This document shows positions 59,851 to 64,000 of a stretch of DNA of 64,000 nt, piece after piece. Source of the DNA: the human T2T-CHM13v2.0 reference genome, Homo sapiens. A model generated the notes under the pieces. It was not told where the DNA came from, ran no database searches, and was given only the letters and a program-made list of their open reading frames with translations. The DNA is taken from NCBI RefSeq assembly GCF_009914755.1, contig NC_060930.1. One strand, 5' to 3'. Within the stretch, counting starts at the first letter, position 1. Each line of letters opens with the position of its first letter. A program made the translations under genes and the position numbers.

Positions 59851-60910
59851 TTGAATAGGGAGCTTATATCCATAAGTTATCCATGAGAATTCTCTGAACT
59901 TGGGTTAGAGGGTACATCTCTCCAGAGAGGATGCACATTTGCCTTTGCCAGACCCTGGGGTGCTACAAATCTAGGACTACTAGATTAATTCCTTGCCTTA
60001 GGGTTTTTAAGATCATGCTGACAGTCTGTACTTTAGCCCCAAACATGCATGTTTCAAATGATCGAGGAGATGATTTTTATCTTACATTGATTCCATGATG
60101 AGACAGAACAGTTATTTTTACCTTTTTTTTTCCTAGTGGGAAAATATTTCTCCAGCTAAATTTTGACTAAGGGTGTGGCCTCCTGAAGTTTTGGATTTAT
60201 TCTGGTAGTAGGTAGTTTCAAGTCACTAAGTTGTGTGAGCCCAAGCATTACTATCACGTCATTACAATTCAAGTCTCCTGACTACTGAGATTAACAAACA
60301 GCCCCAAGGAAGTCAACGTTTTACAGCCTGCTAAATACTCTGGTTTTAGCATCCTCATTCCTTATGCTCAGTTGCACATTTATTTATAAGGATGTTTGTT
60401 ATGTTTATCCCCTAGCAAGTTTAGTTTCTTTGTTTGTTTATTTGGCATAGAAAAATATCTAGTCTGTCAAAAATCTGAAAATAAAAATGCTGCTGAAGGT
60501 CTTGAAAACTTTAGAGATCAAATAAAATCTAATCATGGGAATGATTGATTTATGAAAATTAATAAACAAAGAAAAAGCATTCTCTAGGTTTCTAATAGAT
60601 TAACCTGTGTCAGTTCTAAAGAGTATTATCAACAAACTGTCAAAAGATTAGTAGAAAATAAGCAGAAATTATTAGGGTTCAGAATGAACTTATTAAAATT
60701 AAGTTATAAGATAAATATCATTTTTGGACAAGGTCACTCATTTAATAGAGCACCGGATAATAGCGTTGTATCTACAATATTTAGCAACAAAGAGAATTGA
60801 AAAATGTAATTGAATGAGTAAATATGGGTTATTGGATTGATATTATGTATCTCAATTTGAGCAAGGCTTTTGAAAAGAAGTCTCATGCAGTCTTAATGGA
60901 TGAGGTGCAG

Positions 60911-61284
60911 TGTAGCAGATGTTGGTCCCCTGTCCATATCCTCTCAGCACTCAGCATTCTCATAGCTCATTACTCCAAGCACCTGCCACTTTCTGCCTGA
61001 GGACTTCTCTGTCCCCGAAAATGTGCTTGGCTCATGTACAGACCTGGGAGTTAACACCCCTGTGAACAGCATTCAATCATTGAGAGGAGAATCAGTGGAT
61101 CCATACCTCAGCTTCCTCTTCATCCCTCCACAGAGCATCCCCTGTTGGTTTCCTTCTTTCCTTTCCCTGCCTAACTTCCCATTCTCCTCCATCAGCACTT
61201 TCTGAGAAAAAACCTCCTAAGCAAACGACCTTTCTTCAAATCCTAGTCTTACAGCATGCTTCTTGGGGAGCCCAGTGTAACACA
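60911..61284 (+). mobile_element. ERVL solo LTR (LTR16-like)
   Basis: TGTAGCAGATG start; CAAATCCTAGTCTTAC...TTCTTGGGGAGCCCAG..CA end; near-TSD TGCAG / TGGAG. Confidence 0.7.
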
Positions 61285-61834
61285 TGGAGAATTATGGACT
61301 AGAATCTAAAACAAACCAAATTGTTTCATAAATCGAGTAAAATAGTTTCATAACCCAATGATTGCTACTTGGTTTATGTAAGTCAGAAGGAATGTTTCTA
61401 ATGTTACACTGGGAGGGTATTTTTTCCTTATCTTTCTCAGTCTCATCAACACTTGAATAAAGATGTAGAAAGTTTTGTAATGAGTTTGGAGATGACATAG
61501 TATTGGTGTAGCGGGTGATGTAGTGAATATATTAGATGATGGAATCAGGACTCACACAATTTTTAATAAGCTAGAAAATGGATAAGTATAATAAAATTAT
61601 ATTAGTGGATTAAGATATTGCAATTGAGTATTCTCAAATGTGAAACATTATTTTGTGATAACGTTTTAGAGGTATTAATTCACAATAAACCAGGTTAGTT
61701 AACATGATGCATGGCTGATAAAAAAGCAGATGTGATTTGGGGTTAGATTAATAAAGTAGTAACTAGACCAAAGAAAGTGATAATTATGTTTAAATGATAA
61801 TAAACCGACAATAGCATCTAAACATTATGCTTTT

Positions 61835-62858
61835 TCTAAAAAAAAATTCAACTTTTATTTTAGACACAAGGAGTATGTATGTAGGTTTGTTCCATGGGTA
61901 TATTCCATCCAGGAAGTGCGCATGGTACCCAATAGTAGTTTTTCAACCCTTGTCCCCATTCCTACCTTCCCCCTCTGGTAGTCTGAAGTGTCTGTTTTTC
62001 CCATGTTTACGTCCATGTGTGCTCAACGTTTAGCTCCCACGTATAAGTGAGAACATGCGATATTTGATTTTCTGTTCCCGCATTAATTCACTTAGGATTA
62101 TTCCCTCCATGTGCATCCATGTTGCTGAAGAGGATACATTTTTATTTTTATTCTTTTTTATGGCTGCATAGTATTCCACAATGTATATGTACCACATTTT
62201 CTATATCTGATCCATTATTTATGGGAACCTAAGTTGATTCCATGTCTTTGCTATAGTGAATAGCATAGCAATAAACATACAAGTGCATATGTCTTTTTTG
62301 TATAATGGTCTATTTTCCTTTGAATATATACACCCAGTAATGGGGTAGCTGGGTCAAATGGTAGCTCTGTTTTAAGTTCTTTGAGCAATCTCCAAACTGC
62401 TTTCCACAGTAGCTGAACTAATTTGCATTCTTACCAACAGTGTATAAGCATTTGCTTTTCTTTGCAACCTCACCAGCATTTGTTTTCTTTTTTTTTTTTT
62501 TTGACATTTTAATAATAGCCATTCTGACTGGTACAAGATGATATCTCATTGTGGTTTTAATTTTCATTTATCTGATGATTAGTGATGTTGAGCATTTTTT
62601 CATATATTTGTAGCCTGCCTGTATGTCTTCTTTTGAAAAGTATGTCTGTTCATGTCCTTTGCCTATTTTTTTAATGGCGTAATTTGTTTTTTACTTGTTG
62701 ATTTGTTTAAGTTCCTTATAGATTCTGGATATTAGATCTTTGATGGATGCATAGTGTGTGAATATTTCCTCTCATTCTGTAGGTTGTCTGTTGATGGATA
62801 GTTTCTTTTGCTGTGCAGAAGCTCTCTAGCTTAGTTAGGTCCCACTTGTGAATTTTTG
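61835..62858 (-). mobile_element. 5'-truncated L1PA15/16-like element
   Basis: TTTAGCTCCCACGTATAAGTGAGAACATGCG; TSD AACATTATGCTTTT (61821-61834) / AACATCATGCTTTT (62859-62872). Confidence 0.92.
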
Positions 62859-64000
62859 AACATCATGCTTTTGATAGGATAGAAACAATCTCCTGAAGAC
62901 TAGAGAAAGGAGGTTGGAGACATTTGGAAATATTGTATGAAAAAAGATGAACTAAATATGGTCATTTAGCATTAGGAAAAGAAGAATTAGAGAAGCGTGT
63001 CTTCTACAGCTTAAAGATCTGACCTGTGGGAGAGAAATCAGACATGCCAGAATCATCTTTAAAGTCATTCATGTCTATATGCCCAGGGTCTAATCCAATG
63101 CTTTACATATAGTATGAGCTCCATAAATGTCTGTTGGATGAACGAACGATTAATGACACTACATATTTATCTCATTTAGCTGAGAGAGGACAGCTACTTT
63201 TTTCATTTTCCTGTGTCTATCCATCTTTTTTATCTGTCTCATATTTGAAGCCATTCTGTGGATGGTGAAGTCATATGCAAGCCAAATTTTCTGTCCTACG
63301 CAGAATCTCCACGTAATCATAATTCTGTACGTGCAAACTATGAAGATAATGATATTGAAGCCTCTTCGTAAATATAGCCCCTAGTTTCTCAGTCCCTTTC
63401 ATATGAACTGTCCTTGTGTTCATTATCTATAGCAGTGACAAACATCTGTGGTAGTATTTGCTTCAGTCTCTTGTCCTGGCTGTTTTTTTTCCCCCTCTGT
63501 ATTCTATTTGGGTTATCTCATACTTTAATCTGCTTAAATCTTCTTAATATATCAGTCAGATTTATGATAGAAAGGGATAAGTCTACTGACTTCTGTTATC
63601 CCCTGCTCCAAGATTTTCCCTTTATCCCAATTACTTTATTCTTTTTAAAGAACATATGTCAGGTTGTAAATTAGATGAAATTAGATAATGAAAACTATAT
63701 AAAGAGCTTCTTTGTGTTTGAGCGTTTGGGGGTCCTCTTATCTAGTCCAGTGGGATAACTAGTTTTTTGAATTTTCTTTTTACAGATATGACTGTCTTGA
63801 GCACATACGTGCTTGCTTGCTGTGGACTTGGGAGAGAGCTGGCTTCTCTTGGGCATGCTTCATATTCTGCTTTGATGGCCCTTCCTCTCAAAAGCTTGTC
63901 CCGTTGTGACTTTCTCCATGAGCTTAGCAGCATCTCTGGAGGGCTCCTCAGCACTGCCTCTTGTTGCATCAAGGTTTGCATCCCATTGTTGTGTAATGTC

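Larger units (their letters stand above)
60560..63060 (+). mobile_element. Ancient CR1/L3 LINE remnant split by an LTR and an L1
   Basis: TATCTCAATTTGAGCAAGGCTTTTGAA (YLNLSKAFE, cf. YLDFSKAFD) ~60848; TTTGGAGATGACATA (FGDD, cf. FADD) ~61485. Confidence 0.55.

Overview
This is primate (human-like) non-coding genomic DNA, AT-rich and CpG-depleted, with no recognisable protein-coding exon, RNA gene or CpG island. Most of it is transposon-derived: L1 of several ages, about 15 Alus, MIR/L2/CR1, MaLR/ERVL solo LTRs and hAT DNA transposons. The centrepiece is a 5.73-kb minus-strand HERV-H provirus (25950-31678). It has a 5-bp TSD, a perfect tRNA-His PBS, degenerate gag/pol, no recognisable env, and two 393-bp LTR7s that differ at only 5 positions, 4 of them within 7 bp, which suggests LTR-LTR gene conversion. 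Downstream of it is a repeat-poor ~7-kb block containing a CpG- and homeobox/MEIS-rich enhancer-like element and several good minus-strand splice-site pairs. Together these suggest a candidate LTR7-driven spliced chimeric lncRNA or sORF transcript; this is inference only. Repeat subfamily names come from recalled consensus sequences, and boundaries without a stated TSD are approximate.
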